Made by a program: the position numbers and the translations under genes | From: a virus | Taxonomy: Duplodnaviria; Caudoviricetes | DNA: 51,303 nt | IMG/VR virus record: IMGVR_UViG_3300050011_000546 | Coordinates: 1-51,303 of that record | Direction: 5' to 3' (one strand) | Part shown: positions 19,801-29,510 of the stretch, piece by piece | How positions within the stretch are numbered: the first letter of the stretch is position 1 | Layout: each line of letters starts with the position of its first letter | The notes under the pieces: model-generated | Told to the model about the DNA's origin: nothing | Database searches by the model: none | What the model saw: the letters and a program-made list of their open reading frames with translations, nothing else

Positions 19801-21222
19801 CTATCGACTCACGTTGATCCATTCGTCCTCGTCACGGGTACTCCATTCTGGCGGTTCAAACCGAGGGATTCGGCCGCCGTTCCGATTGCACAAGTCCCAT
19901 CGACGTATTGCGCGGTTTATGCAAGCTTGCAGCATGCCTTCTGCAGCGTAGTCATCTTCACGTTCATAACACCTCCCTATCTCATCCGATTTTCGCTGCT
20001 CGCACACATCGTCATCATCGCCGCCACCTCTTCCGATAGAATAGGCTTTACGTGATTGTATGCGGGAGGTGTTCCGGCTACGAGGATTAGCCTGCATGTA
20101 GATTGGCGGTAGGGGCGCGGGCGTCATTGGGGGGATCGATATCCCTCGTCCCGGCGATCCCGATTGAACTGCATTCATCGTAGGTGAAGCAGCGAACCAC
20201 TCTGGTAGTGACTTCTCGCCGGAGGGCCCAAAGAATCTACCGCCCGTCATTGGCGGCAAACTCATTGGATTCTGAAGGTTGAGGGTCGCTGCACCGACTT
20301 GGGATGTGGATGGATGCGACATAACACCGGGAAGATCGCCGTTCCCTGCGTCACGGAGCAACTTCATGGCGGAAGGAAAGCGCTCTTCAAGGCCAGCAGC
20401 AATCGGTCGGCTGACACCGTATCCTGCGGCCCCCGCGCTCGCCGGCAGCGAAGGCAAGCCATTGCGCAGCGCGTTGACGAGCGGCCGCGCAAAAATTCCA
20501 CCGGCCGCCGCGGGCGTCGTAGGCGCCAGCAAAGACACGGCATTAAATGCGCCGCTCGGACCGAGTTCACGCGCCTGATTTTGTCTGAATGCTTCCTCTT
20601 CCGTCGAGAGGACGCTCGTCGCGTCGATCGAGCCTTGTACTGCTTGTGCGATTCCGTTCAGCGCGCCTTTGAGCCCCGAAACCATGCCAAAAGGCTGGGG
20701 ATGATCCCAGTAGGCCTGCATGCGACCGGAGAGTGTGCTCGCCGGTTCCGAAGCACGATCAATCGGCGGAGCGGTACGGACTGGGCCGAGCGAGCCATCG
20801 CGTCCAACGAGAGTCCCCACAAGTCGTCTGAAATTCGGATCCGGCGGCTGGGATGGCACCTGTCCGTTGGCTCCCGCAAACGGCTGATATGGGTGCGCTT
20901 GCAGCGCGACCAACCGGCCGAGCAGGCCGCCTTGCGGAGCGCCGTACCCGTCGGAATCAAGCTGGGGGGCGCCGTTTGGAGTCAAACTTGAATCAACAGC
21001 TGGCTGATTGCGGCTCTCCTGCATTCCCCGGAGCGAAATACCGAGCAGACCGCCAACGGGACTATTATCGCTTCCGGGATAGTTCGGGGAAGTAGATTGC
21101 AATTGATCGTCAGGTAACTGGGAAAGACCGGTGTTAGCCGGCGGCCAAAAGCGGTTTGTAGCGGCGCCATCGTCTTGTTGCATTGGCGGATAGATATAAA
21201 CGCGTCGCAGGTTGTCACCCAT
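19801..21222 (-). CDS. Class C cargo with Cys-rich C-terminal domain
   Basis: GGLLGRLVALQ, FRRLVG; C-terminal 4-Cys acidic domain; coupled to the upstream GNAT-like gene. Confidence 0.55.
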   Translation of the reverse strand: MGDNLRRVYIYPPMQQDDGAATNRFWPPANTGLSQLPDDQLQSTSPNYPGSDNSPVGGLLGISLRGMQESRNQPAVDSSLTPNGAPQLDSDGYGAPQGGLLGRLVALQAHPYQPFAGANGQVPSQPPDPNFRRLVGTLVGRDGSLGPVRTAPPIDRASEPASTLSGRMQAYWDHPQPFGMVSGLKGALNGIAQAVQGSIDATSVLSTEEEAFRQNQARELGPSGAFNAVSLLAPTTPAAAGGIFARPLVNALRNGLPSLPASAGAAGYGVSRPIAAGLEERFPSAMKLLRDAGNGDLPGVMSHPSTSQVGAATLNLQNPMSLPPMTGGRFFGPSGEKSLPEWFAASPTMNAVQSGSPGRGISIPPMTPAPLPPIYMQANPRSRNTSRIQSRKAYSIGRGGGDDDDVCEQRKSDEIGRCYEREDDYAAEGMLQACINRAIRRWDLCNRNGGRIPRFEPPEWSTRDEDEWINVSR

Positions 21223-21635
21223 CAGTTCAAATCCTTGTCCATGATGATGTGCTTTTCCTCAAAGCCGTCGAGCATATGCAGCCAGCCCTTGCGCCCGTAG
21301 ATGCGGACGCGCTTGCAGCCCTCGCGCTTGGCGTAAGTCTCGATCTGACCGATCAGCGGCAGCCAACGCTTCATGTCGCTGCCGCCGCATACCGTGATGA
21401 TGCAGACCTTGCCGATCTCGGAATTGATCAGGATGGTCGCTGCCGCGGACTCCACCGTTCGCCCGTTCCAGGCCATCCACAACAGACTGCGGCTGGAAAG
21501 AATATCAGCCTCGATATCCGCAAAGGCGTTGAGTTTGGTCCGATAGCAGGCCGCTTTCAGCAAAGCGCTGACATGCGGCCAAACTTCATGAACCCGATTG
21601 GGATCGACACAGACAAGCTCAGCCGTGGATGGCAT
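21222..21635 (-). CDS. Virion-assembly GNAT-like protein (P22 gp14/T7 gp13 position)
   Basis: CGGSDMKRW...AKREGCKRVRIYGRKGW; lies between nozzle and ejection genes. Confidence 0.65.
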   Translation of the reverse strand: MPSTAELVCVDPNRVHEVWPHVSALLKAACYRTKLNAFADIEADILSSRSLLWMAWNGRTVESAAATILINSEIGKVCIITVCGGSDMKRWLPLIGQIETYAKREGCKRVRIYGRKGWLHMLDGFEEKHIIMDKDLN

Positions 21636-21933
21636 AGAGAAAGGTTCGGCCCGTGGTGGCGGAGTTGGCATGCATAATCGTGAACGACCCGTTCGCCACC
21701 GCGGAGATGTAGATTGTGCCGCTGCCGAATTCCGCCGAAGCGTTGGCGGTGGCCGGCATCAGGATCGGCGTGGATCCGGCGGCGCAATTATTGTCGGATA
21801 CAACGGTTGATGCGGCGCCAGTCGCGAGTGTGACGGTTCCCGTCGCGTTCGATCGTCCCGCCGCCAGTTGCTGGATGGCGAGAACGATCTTCTTCAGGTC
21901 GGTCTCCGTGATGCCGGGAACGTAGGCCGTCAT
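21619..21933 (-). CDS. Small virion structural protein
   Basis: T/A/G-rich; follows the nozzle gene; overlaps the next core gene. Confidence 0.6.
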   Translation of the reverse strand: MTAYVPGITETDLKKIVLAIQQLAAGRSNATGTVTLATGAASTVVSDNNCAAGSTPILMPATANASAEFGSGTIYISAVANGSFTIMHANSATTGRTFLYAIHG

Positions 21934-22052
21934 AGCATGCACTCCTGCCCGCACTCACAAGTCTGCGGTCTATTGTTCGCGGCACTCCATCTCCGCGTCG
22001 CGAGAAGCGGATTGCAATTAGTCGCGAGATAGATCGGAAAGAATTCCCGTAG

Positions 22053-22595
22053 CTAACGCTCGAACCGAGCGACGAGCCTGCGGGATGGCACAACGTCGGG
22101 CGTTTGCGGAGGCCGTCCGTTGCTTTCCGGCTGAACCTGGCTCTGCTGCATCTGCAGCGCAAGCAGCCTTCCGAGCAAGCCGCCGTGCAGGCTTCCGGAT
22201 GTTTCGGGATGATATTCAGATGCGCCGTCCGGAATAGAAGCGGAACCGGCAGCCGGTTGAATCTGCCGTTCCAGCATCAGCGCATTCAGCCTGCCAAGCA
22301 AGCCGCCGCTAGGCTCGTCTCCTGTCTGGCGAGAGAGATTATTCGTTACAATGAACGATCGGTCGTACGGGTGCTCAAAGCAACCCGGCTCATTATAAGG
22401 ATTGCCCCTCGGAGGATCCACTTCATGCGGTGGTTTCGGCGGATCACCAAAGGGATTGTCAGGATTTGCGGGTGGAACGACTGGTGGATTGTCCGTCCAT
22501 GCAGGACGACGGCGTATCAAGCGTTCGGGTATTTCAGTTCCCATTGTTGCCAAACGAGGCCATCGGTAAAGATCATCTCTGAAAAAAGAAACCAT
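22053..22595 (-). CDS. Proline-rich class C protein
   Basis: Two GGLLGRL motifs; ends SRRLVARFER. Confidence 0.55.
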   Translation of the reverse strand: MVSFFRDDLYRWPRLATMGTEIPERLIRRRPAWTDNPPVVPPANPDNPFGDPPKPPHEVDPPRGNPYNEPGCFEHPYDRSFIVTNNLSRQTGDEPSGGLLGRLNALMLERQIQPAAGSASIPDGASEYHPETSGSLHGGLLGRLLALQMQQSQVQPESNGRPPQTPDVVPSRRLVARFER

Positions 22596-22729
22596 GTGCT
22601 TTCCCCGTGGCAGGTTAGAAGAACGCCGCGCAACGCATTCGCTGGGAGCGCTAACAAACTATGACAGGCGCGAAACATTCCTGTTTCGGCGTCAATGGAT
22701 GTCCCTGTTAAATCTAATTTTTGGAATAG

Positions 22730-23728
22730 TTACGGATCGTAGACGACTTGGTAGCGCAAGTGCAGGCGCACCGCGATCGCGTCTACCTCACTCTGACTGT
22801 TTGGGTATGCCTCATAAACAATTTTCGTTTTAATCATGCTTGCATGATATCTCGGGTTCCAGGTCCACATGACATTTGGATATTCGCCTGTCCCCTTGAA
22901 AATATTTTTCAGAGTTCTTCTAACAGTGAAGCTCTCTGGAGGAAATTCAAAAAGAGGATCAACAAACCTTTCCCCATAAAATCGCTCTTTGAGTCTTTCC
23001 AATTCTTCGGATTCGCTTCTAAATTCAAAGGGAGGATTGGGGCACAACCCCACCTCTAGACGGAGTGGGCCCCCGTCTTTCGCCCTCGCAAATCCGGAAC
23101 AATCATTTGAGCCGGCGCCAAAGTGACGCCACGCAACGAGGGCGTCCCTCAGGATGAAGGTTCTCGACGATGCGACAAGGAGGTAGCTAGCGCAGGCAAA
23201 CAAGCAGTAATCGTAAACGACGACGGTTGCGCGCCGGTCTCGGAGCAAATCGGCCAGGGCGATGGCACTGACCACGTCATTGCCGAAACTTCGAATTACG
23301 AAAAGACTTTCTTCTTCGAGATCCTTGCCTAACGAGATATCCTGTCCAGAGGATATCTCGCCATCAAAACACAAAACCCTCTTATCTTTCGCGAGTGCCA
23401 TGGGACGGTTCACATTGCCGCGGCAAAATTCAACCGCACGAGCGTAAAGACCGAAGTCGGGCTGCTCGGCGCAGGAAGCTTCCGGTCCACAACAAACAAG
23501 GAATAATGCGCTCAGAGCTGCAACTTTTGCGATGCGGAAAATGAAAGAGCGAGGACCGAATGATACCAGGCTCAGGCGCTCGCCTGTGGGCGCGCCATGG
23601 GAACGCTGACGAGTGGCGTGAGCGAGATGAACCGTATCCCCTTGACGTTCACCCCGGCCGAACTTCCGGCGTAACATGTTCAATGCCCGCATTTCGCTAC
23701 AAAGACACGCTAAGTACTTATAGAACAA
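22730..23728 (-). CDS. Exported ClpP/crotonase-fold-like protein, paralog 2 (true start probably downstream of 23720)
   Basis: Clear paralog of 17380-18282 (YARAVEFCRGNV, YDYCLFACASY, WTWNPRY). Confidence 0.6.
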   Translation of the reverse strand: MFYKYLACLCSEMRALNMLRRKFGRGERQGDTVHLAHATRQRSHGAPTGERLSLVSFGPRSFIFRIAKVAALSALFLVCCGPEASCAEQPDFGLYARAVEFCRGNVNRPMALAKDKRVLCFDGEISSGQDISLGKDLEEESLFVIRSFGNDVVSAIALADLLRDRRATVVVYDYCLFACASYLLVASSRTFILRDALVAWRHFGAGSNDCSGFARAKDGGPLRLEVGLCPNPPFEFRSESEELERLKERFYGERFVDPLFEFPPESFTVRRTLKNIFKGTGEYPNVMWTWNPRYHASMIKTKIVYEAYPNSQSEVDAIAVRLHLRYQVVYDP

Positions 23729-23737
23729 AATAGGAAC
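23723..23737. promoter_or_regulatory. Alphaproteobacterial LexA (SOS) box
   Basis: GAAC-aaaatag-GAAC, upstream of the 22730 cassette. Confidence 0.7.
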
Positions 23738-23776
23738 ATCGTCAATTGTCTCGGTGATCGCTTAAAACGCAAGCCG

Positions 23777-25252
23777 TCACAGCGCGCCCTCCGGCGTAAC
23801 ATCGGGCTCAACTCCTGCAATATAGGTCCACGTCGTGGCGGCAGGAATGCGAACCTTGAAGCGCGAATACCGCGTGGCGCGCCGCATATCGCAGCGTCCG
23901 GTTCTGGAATTGACAAGCACTTCCGTTCCCGCCGTCGCCATTGCGATCTGAGTATCGCGATAAGATGCAGAGCCGTAAAACGCGGAAGCATCGGTTACAG
24001 GCCGGAAGCCGCGAATGAATATCTTCGTTCCATCCGTGCCCTGCTCTGCGCTTTCAAGCGTGGCCTCAAGATTGGTGCCGCGGAAAAAGCCCAGCACATG
24101 CGCGCTTGAGAACTGCGCGATTTCCGGCTGCACCGCCGTGGCATAGGCATCGAGGCTCAGCGTCAGCGCATCCAGCGAGGCGGAAATGCTGTCGAGATTT
24201 TCCAGCGTCAATCCGGTTTGGGAAATACCGAGCAGATATTCGCCGGTCACCGCTACCGGGAAGAACCGATCGAGCAGAAAATCATAGCCGAGCAGCTTGT
24301 CGAAAGTCCCGACCGTGCCGGAGACAGACTTGTATGCCCAATAGACCCGCGTGCTTCGCGGATCCGCGGCGCCCATAAATAGTTGCAGATTGCTCTTGTC
24401 CAGATCCGCCAGGAATGTCCGGTCAACCTTTTCTCGCCCGATCTGCTCGGGCACGCCGCCGGGCTCGATCTTGTGAAAGCCCTGACCGGCGTAGAAAAAG
24501 ATTCGCTCGCCCGCCCGGATGATCGAATATGGCGCATAGAGACCCTTGTCCTGCGTGATACGGTCGATCTGAAAGATGATCGGCGAGCCCGGCACATAGG
24601 ACATGCTGCGGATCGCCAAATCCTGAAAGATGATTCCGGATTGCGAACCGCCGGCCACGCCACGGACAAGACCTCCGTCAGGAAAATCCTGAAAGTCCGA
24701 AGAATTGACTCCCGACGCCCAGCTTGTGGACGCGTTGAAGCTATCCAACCCCGACCATTGGATTCTAAACGGCGCAGAGAGCAGCCCGGACAGAACCAGA
24801 AAACTGCCGACGACGGTGATGTAGGCTGCCTGAGGTGGTGATCCCAACGCGTTTACAAATGTCGTCGCCGATGACAGATCGAACACTTGCAACAGAGCAT
24901 TGGCTTGCGTTGCAAACACCAAATTCCCGGTCTGGGCGAGTTGCCAATTGGCCGTCGAAGTCAGGGCGCTGTAGGATCCTCCACTTAACGAAACATCGGT
25001 CCACGTGAAATTGGTATTGTTGAGCTGGTAAAGCTTGGTGCTTGTGCCGGCGAAGGTGATGACCGTGCCGTCGGATTTCAGTGCGTAGAAGGCGCCTCGG
25101 CAGCCTGCGGGAAGCGCCGACGTATAGGCCGAGAACGATGGAAACGGGCCATAGCCATCGCCGCGCGGAACCGCGTTCAGGATATTCCGGCTGGCGTGGC
25201 CTTCATAGTCCGATACGTCGGGCTTGTATTCACCGAACGGGAGTAAGGGCAT
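23777..25252 (-). CDS. Tail nozzle / packaged-DNA stabilisation protein (P22 gp10-like)
   Basis: 491 aa, beta-rich, MPLLPFGEYKPD, IQWSG, IGREKVDRTF; position after adaptor. Confidence 0.7.
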   Translation of the reverse strand: MPLLPFGEYKPDVSDYEGHASRNILNAVPRGDGYGPFPSFSAYTSALPAGCRGAFYALKSDGTVITFAGTSTKLYQLNNTNFTWTDVSLSGGSYSALTSTANWQLAQTGNLVFATQANALLQVFDLSSATTFVNALGSPPQAAYITVVGSFLVLSGLLSAPFRIQWSGLDSFNASTSWASGVNSSDFQDFPDGGLVRGVAGGSQSGIIFQDLAIRSMSYVPGSPIIFQIDRITQDKGLYAPYSIIRAGERIFFYAGQGFHKIEPGGVPEQIGREKVDRTFLADLDKSNLQLFMGAADPRSTRVYWAYKSVSGTVGTFDKLLGYDFLLDRFFPVAVTGEYLLGISQTGLTLENLDSISASLDALTLSLDAYATAVQPEIAQFSSAHVLGFFRGTNLEATLESAEQGTDGTKIFIRGFRPVTDASAFYGSASYRDTQIAMATAGTEVLVNSRTGRCDMRRATRYSRFKVRIPAATTWTYIAGVEPDVTPEGAL

Positions 25253-25857
25253 TATTCAGTTGTCCAGGTCTCGGGCTGCTTGATGGCCGGCGTCCATGTT
25301 TGATCTGCCTCGGTTTTTGAGGTCCATGCGCCGGACGGCATTGCTTTTGGCGTCCACGCTTCCGATTGAATGGCCTGCGCCGTCCAGTTGTCGGTATCGA
25401 ACGGGCGAGGCAACCAGGCTTCGAAATCGCGCGTTAGTGTCGCGGCGTCTCCGGAGACGGTGTATGCGCCTGGATTGACGCGCGTCGACAATATGAACGC
25501 GGTCGCACTTCCCGTCACCGAGTAAGAACCGCTGGCCGACAACGACCCTGTCGCGAAGGTTGCTGCGTTGCACCTGACCGAATAGCTGCCCGCGCCGACC
25601 GGAAAAAGAAACGGGAAAGTCGAAGCATTCCCTGCAACCGAATAGGTTCTGGTTGTGGCAGACAAACCAGGACGAAACGTCACATTGAGCCCGGCCACTA
25701 CATAGGAGGTCGCGGACAATGACTGGGATATCAGGAACAGCCCATTCGACGCGGTGACCGCGAATGCGCCGGTTACGGCTGACAGGATAACCGTCGTCGC
25801 ACCTTGATTGGCGCCCTGCCCTAAGGCGAGCCTGCCTAGCGCATCAAATCCGAGCAT
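25252..25857 (-). CDS. Phage structural protein (S/T/A-rich)
   Basis: MLGFDALGRLALG N-terminus, repeated beta motifs, W-spaced tail. Confidence 0.6.
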   Translation of the reverse strand: MLGFDALGRLALGQGANQGATTVILSAVTGAFAVTASNGLFLISQSLSATSYVVAGLNVTFRPGLSATTRTYSVAGNASTFPFLFPVGAGSYSVRCNAATFATGSLSASGSYSVTGSATAFILSTRVNPGAYTVSGDAATLTRDFEAWLPRPFDTDNWTAQAIQSEAWTPKAMPSGAWTSKTEADQTWTPAIKQPETWTTE

Positions 25858-25858
25858 C

Positions 25859-26140
25859 TTACTTCGGCGCGATCTTTAGAAAATTCGCGATCCGCGCGTT
25901 GTCGGTGAGCGCGATGAATTCATGATCGACACCGGACGCCCAATCAATGAACGCGCCTGCTTCATATTCTCTATCGCCTAGCTTCGGATCAGGCCCGTGG
26001 ATGCGAAACCGGCCGCGCATCACGCAGGTGATATGCACGTCGGCTTCGGTATGCCGGTGCATCGGCAACACGTCGCCTGTCTTCTCGAAAGTGTAGATCG
26101 TGCCCTTTGGAGCTACGACCTGATGACTAAGCAAGGACAC
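25859..26140 (-). CDS. Cupin domain protein
   Basis: LPMHRH...HIT...G...HEFIAL. Confidence 0.75.
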   Translation of the reverse strand: MSLLSHQVVAPKGTIYTFEKTGDVLPMHRHTEADVHITCVMRGRFRIHGPDPKLGDREYEAGAFIDWASGVDHEFIALTDNARIANFLKIAPK

Positions 26141-26363
26141 TCATGGCCTCCCCCCTCATGGGTTGCGGCGCTTCTTGGGCGGCGCTCGGCGCCGGGTTCG
26201 GATCGACAATCTTTCCACCATCGAACACACCGCCCGAATGAAATACGCCATCGTATTGCACAAGGCTGACAACGCCTTCGCCCATGACATGCTCTGATAT
26301 GGCATCCCATTCGATGACGTTGATCGCCTTGCGATCCTTGTCCAGCAACAGGTAGGCGGCCAT
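26127..26363 (-). CDS. Small tail-fibre-associated protein
   Basis: MAAYLLLDKDRKAINVIEWD; follows the fibre-like gene. Confidence 0.55.
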   Translation of the reverse strand: MAAYLLLDKDRKAINVIEWDAISEHVMGEGVVSLVQYDGVFHSGGVFDGGKIVDPNPAPSAAQEAPQPMRGEAMSVLA

Positions 26364-26374
26364 CGTCGATCTCC

Positions 26375-27337
26375 TTATGATGTGTACCAGCGGATGAGGA
26401 GGACACCGGCTTGGCCGGCTGTGGCGGAGGCGCTTGCGCCTTGTGTGATGTTGGCAAACCCGGAGACGCCGCCGACACCATTTATGCTCACCGTGGTGCA
26501 TGCGACGGTGATGCTGAGGCCGTCGCCTCCCTTTTGTCCCGCCGAATTTATATCACCGGAGCTTGGTGCCGCGCCGCCCGCGCCGCCAGCAACCGAACCA
26601 GCGCCGCTGCCGATAACCCCTCCACCAGAACCTCCGAGAGAAGTCAGGGTTGAAATTGTCTGAGTGCCGGACGCGAGTGTGCTGGTGCCCCCCGCGCCAC
26701 CGCTGGAAGAACCCGCAGCGCCAGCGGTAAAAGCAAGGGTGTTGCCCGGCGTTAGTCCTGTAAGAGTCTTGAGTTGCCCAGCGCCGCCGCCGGGGCCGGA
26801 AATTGCCCCGCTGACAGTTTTTGTGCCTCCAGTGCCGCCCAACAGAATGAACTCGCCCTTGGTGGCGCTGGCTGGGATGGTGATTGTCGCGGACGAATTG
26901 TGAAACTCGCTGCTGAGAAACTGACCCGCGTTTGAGATCGTCTTGTAGGTCTGGTCGCCGAACAGCGCCGTAGTCGAATTTGCCGTGCCCGATCCAAGTC
27001 GCGCAGTCGCCATCGTGCCAGTTGTAATCAGCGACGCATCGTTCAGGGTCTCGGCGCGGGGGGAGATAAAGACCTCGGCAGTGCCTGACAGACTTATCGC
27101 CGAATTTGAATTGGTCGATTTGGTGACCGTTCGCGTCAGTGTAGTACCGGATGAGGTATAAGTTCCGGTGCCGTTCTCGCTGTTGGAACCGTCTTTGATG
27201 GCATAATCGAGAATGTCGGCGTTTGCCACACCGGCAAGCGCAAATGTCAAATAGCCCGAAACCGCGCTACCAAGCGTGATCGTTCCCGTCCCGGTCGTCG
27301 CCGTCGTCATGCGAGCAAGGTTGTAGAGCTTTGCCAT
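26375..27337 (-). CDS. Gly-rich tail fibre/spike-like protein
   Basis: TTATTGTGTITLG...GTGTY...LTRT N-terminus; Gly-rich C-terminus. Confidence 0.7.
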   Translation of the reverse strand: MAKLYNLARMTTATTGTGTITLGSAVSGYLTFALAGVANADILDYAIKDGSNSENGTGTYTSSGTTLTRTVTKSTNSNSAISLSGTAEVFISPRAETLNDASLITTGTMATARLGSGTANSTTALFGDQTYKTISNAGQFLSSEFHNSSATITIPASATKGEFILLGGTGGTKTVSGAISGPGGGAGQLKTLTGLTPGNTLAFTAGAAGSSSGGAGGTSTLASGTQTISTLTSLGGSGGGVIGSGAGSVAGGAGGAAPSSGDINSAGQKGGDGLSITVACTTVSINGVGGVSGFANITQGASASATAGQAGVLLIRWYTS

Positions 27338-27769
27338 TTACGTGATCGTCAAAATGCCGTTGGTCAGATCGGTCGTCACCGTGAAGGTATTGCCGTTTGT
27401 CAGCGTGATCGCTGTGCCGTAATCCCACCAGCCAATCAGGGGCTGCGTTCCCGATGTTGAATTGTAAAGGACGGCATACTCGAACGGACCTATCGATCCT
27501 CCGGATGCCGTCCATGACGGCTGTGTGCCGGCCGTGAATTTGAAAACGCCCGACGCCTGGGCGCCTGTCGTGGTCCCGATCGTCGTTCCGCCTGCGGTGT
27601 AACCGTTGGCGGTCGAAAGATCCGCCGGCGTATTGTAAACCGTGTTAGTGGCTACAGGAGCGGTGTTGGTCAGATAAACCTTGTAGACTTGCGACGTGCC
27701 GGTTTTCATATCGTGCAGCGCGTGCGCCACGTCACCAACGAAGCAATTGAATTTGTTGAACGATGCCAT
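27338..27769 (-). CDS. Virion structural protein
   Basis: MASFNKFNCF, NGYTAGG, SIGPFEYAVLYN, LIGWWDYG. Confidence 0.7.
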   Translation of the reverse strand: MASFNKFNCFVGDVAHALHDMKTGTSQVYKVYLTNTAPVATNTVYNTPADLSTANGYTAGGTTIGTTTGAQASGVFKFTAGTQPSWTASGGSIGPFEYAVLYNSTSGTQPLIGWWDYGTAITLTNGNTFTVTTDLTNGILTIT

Positions 27770-27781
27770 CTACTTGTTCCC

Positions 27782-28432
27782 TTAGAAAACTTGCCCGGAG
27801 ACGCGAACCGTCATCGGCCCGGCATTGAACGCCGATGTCATGCCAAGACTGTTCAAATCGTTCAGCGCGGCCGTGAAGCCGAGGCCCCAGGTTTGAATGC
27901 GGCTGTCTTCCTTGATGTAAGGAGCGGATTCCAGCAGAGCGCCGTAGAGGTACAAATCGGGCGCCAGAGCGAGCAGCCAATTCGGTGAGTTTGAAGCCAG
28001 CGGTGGAATATTCTGCCGGTACACCATTTCGATGGTGTAGGCCTGGTCCGGAGTTGGCACCAATTCGATCTCATCGCCGAAGACAGTGAAGTAGCGCGGC
28101 TGCGCTGCCACATCTGATGTGCAGAACCGATATTCATCCATCTGCGTGCCGGACTTGAACTCAAGGCACGGCTTGCCGGTGACGCTGGACAATCTCACTC
28201 TGCGCATCGACTGGAAATCTGATGGAAGCGAAATGAATTCGGGCTCGGTCGAGGTCATATCGACCAAAGCCGTGGAACGCGCTTCCATCTGCCGCACGAA
28301 CAGTTCGCGATTGAATTTCGCCTCCGCCAATACGATGAAATCCGGAATGCGCGCGATCAGGGTCGCGTCCTGATCGCGCGCCAGCCATTCCGTGACGGCG
28401 GTGACCAGCGTGGCATAGGTGTTAATCGCCAT
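27782..28432 (-). CDS. Head-tail adaptor protein
   Basis: IPDFIVLAEA, LPSDF, PTPD, NWLL..APDLYLYGAL motifs. Confidence 0.75.
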   Translation of the reverse strand: MAINTYATLVTAVTEWLARDQDATLIARIPDFIVLAEAKFNRELFVRQMEARSTALVDMTSTEPEFISLPSDFQSMRRVRLSSVTGKPCLEFKSGTQMDEYRFCTSDVAAQPRYFTVFGDEIELVPTPDQAYTIEMVYRQNIPPLASNSPNWLLALAPDLYLYGALLESAPYIKEDSRIQTWGLGFTAALNDLNSLGMTSAFNAGPMTVRVSGQVF

Positions 28433-28755
28433 TAGCTTGACCCCGCCGACCAGCCGGCCTGAAGCGCCGGCCTATCCGTTCTCAGATAAGCCCATTCCGG
28501 ATCTTGCAATTTGTTCTGCACCACCAGATCGAACTCGGGCGTAAACATGCGCAAGGAGATGTTGCCTCTGGCATGTTCTTCATCGAACCAGCGCACATAG
28601 ATGACATTGGGGATGCGTGCGACATGACGTCCCCAATCGCTGCGCTGATCTTTGCTACGTGAAGCCTTGTTCCATTCAAGGATGGTCTCGACGTCCTGCA
28701 CATGCTGGATGGTCAGATCCCGGCCATTACTGTCGAACAGGACACGAGCTTGCAT
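28432..28755 (-). CDS. Conserved phage protein
   Basis: QDVETILEWNK...HVARIP...LQDPEWAYLRT; start at 28755. Confidence 0.65.
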   Translation of the reverse strand: MQARVLFDSNGRDLTIQHVQDVETILEWNKASRSKDQRSDWGRHVARIPNVIYVRWFDEEHARGNISLRMFTPEFDLVVQNKLQDPEWAYLRTDRPALQAGWSAGSS

Positions 28756-29069
28756 CACGAGACTTCCGTGATCCACAACGTGCCGGCAGTCGCCGTGACG
28801 AGGCCATTGGTTGCTGCCTTGATCGCGGCGATATACTGGCCCGGCGTGACGATGACATACTCGACAACATTGGCCGGCAGATACGGGCTTGCAATTGTCG
28901 CAGTCTGGGCGCCGTCGCCGATCTGGTAGCAACAACCGGAATCGCTGACGAGCCTGACCTGATAGGTCTCGGTCCCGAACGCGTTGGTGGCCGCCACCGA
29001 CGCATCATAGGCGATGGTCTGCGTGGTCCCGGGCCGTGAGGCCTGCTGTTTTGGAAAGAAGTTTGCCAT
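28755..29069 (-). CDS. Small virion protein
   Basis: Start MANFFPK at 29069; coupled to neighbours. Confidence 0.65.
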   Translation of the reverse strand: MANFFPKQQASRPGTTQTIAYDASVAATNAFGTETYQVRLVSDSGCCYQIGDGAQTATIASPYLPANVVEYVIVTPGQYIAAIKAATNGLVTATAGTLWITEVS

Positions 29070-29070
29070 G

Positions 29071-29433
29071 TTACGCCGCCCGCACGACGACGGAGAAGTG
29101 CATCGGGATGGTCGAACCCGACGCGCCCGAGGGTGACAGCACAATGACGTCGTCCTCGTTCAAATAGGCCGGCGACGCCGGCATGCCGCTAAAGAGCTGA
29201 CCGGCGGCCGAACCGGACTGCGTCACCGTGAATGTCAGCAGCGTGTTTGAGTTGCCGGAAACCGTGATGGTTCCGTCCGTAGTGGTGATGGCGCCGCCGA
29301 GTATTCCGGTCGCCTTCAACAGACGACAACGGAAGGGAGCGCGGACATAGGCTGCGACAGGCGTGCCGCCACATGACGGCGTATAGGCCGTGAGATCGAT
29401 GGTATTGAGAGTATGATTGCCGGGAAGTGGCAT
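29071..29433 (-). CDS. Possible capsid decoration protein
   Basis: Start MPLPGNH at 29433; directly after the capsid gene. Confidence 0.55.
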   Translation of the reverse strand: MPLPGNHTLNTIDLTAYTPSCGGTPVAAYVRAPFRCRLLKATGILGGAITTTDGTITVSGNSNTLLTFTVTQSGSAAGQLFSGMPASPAYLNEDDVIVLSPSGASGSTIPMHFSVVVRAA

Positions 29434-29456
29434 TGAAAAGCCTCCGAAGAGATCCG

Positions 29457-29487
29457 AAAAGAAAAGAGGCGACCCGAGGGCCGCCTC
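29457..29487 (-). terminator. Terminator after the major capsid gene
   Basis: Minus strand gaggcggccc-tc-gggtcgcctc followed by ttttctttt. Confidence 0.7.
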
Positions 29488-29510
29488 AGGGGTTAAGTGG
29501 ATGACGAGGC

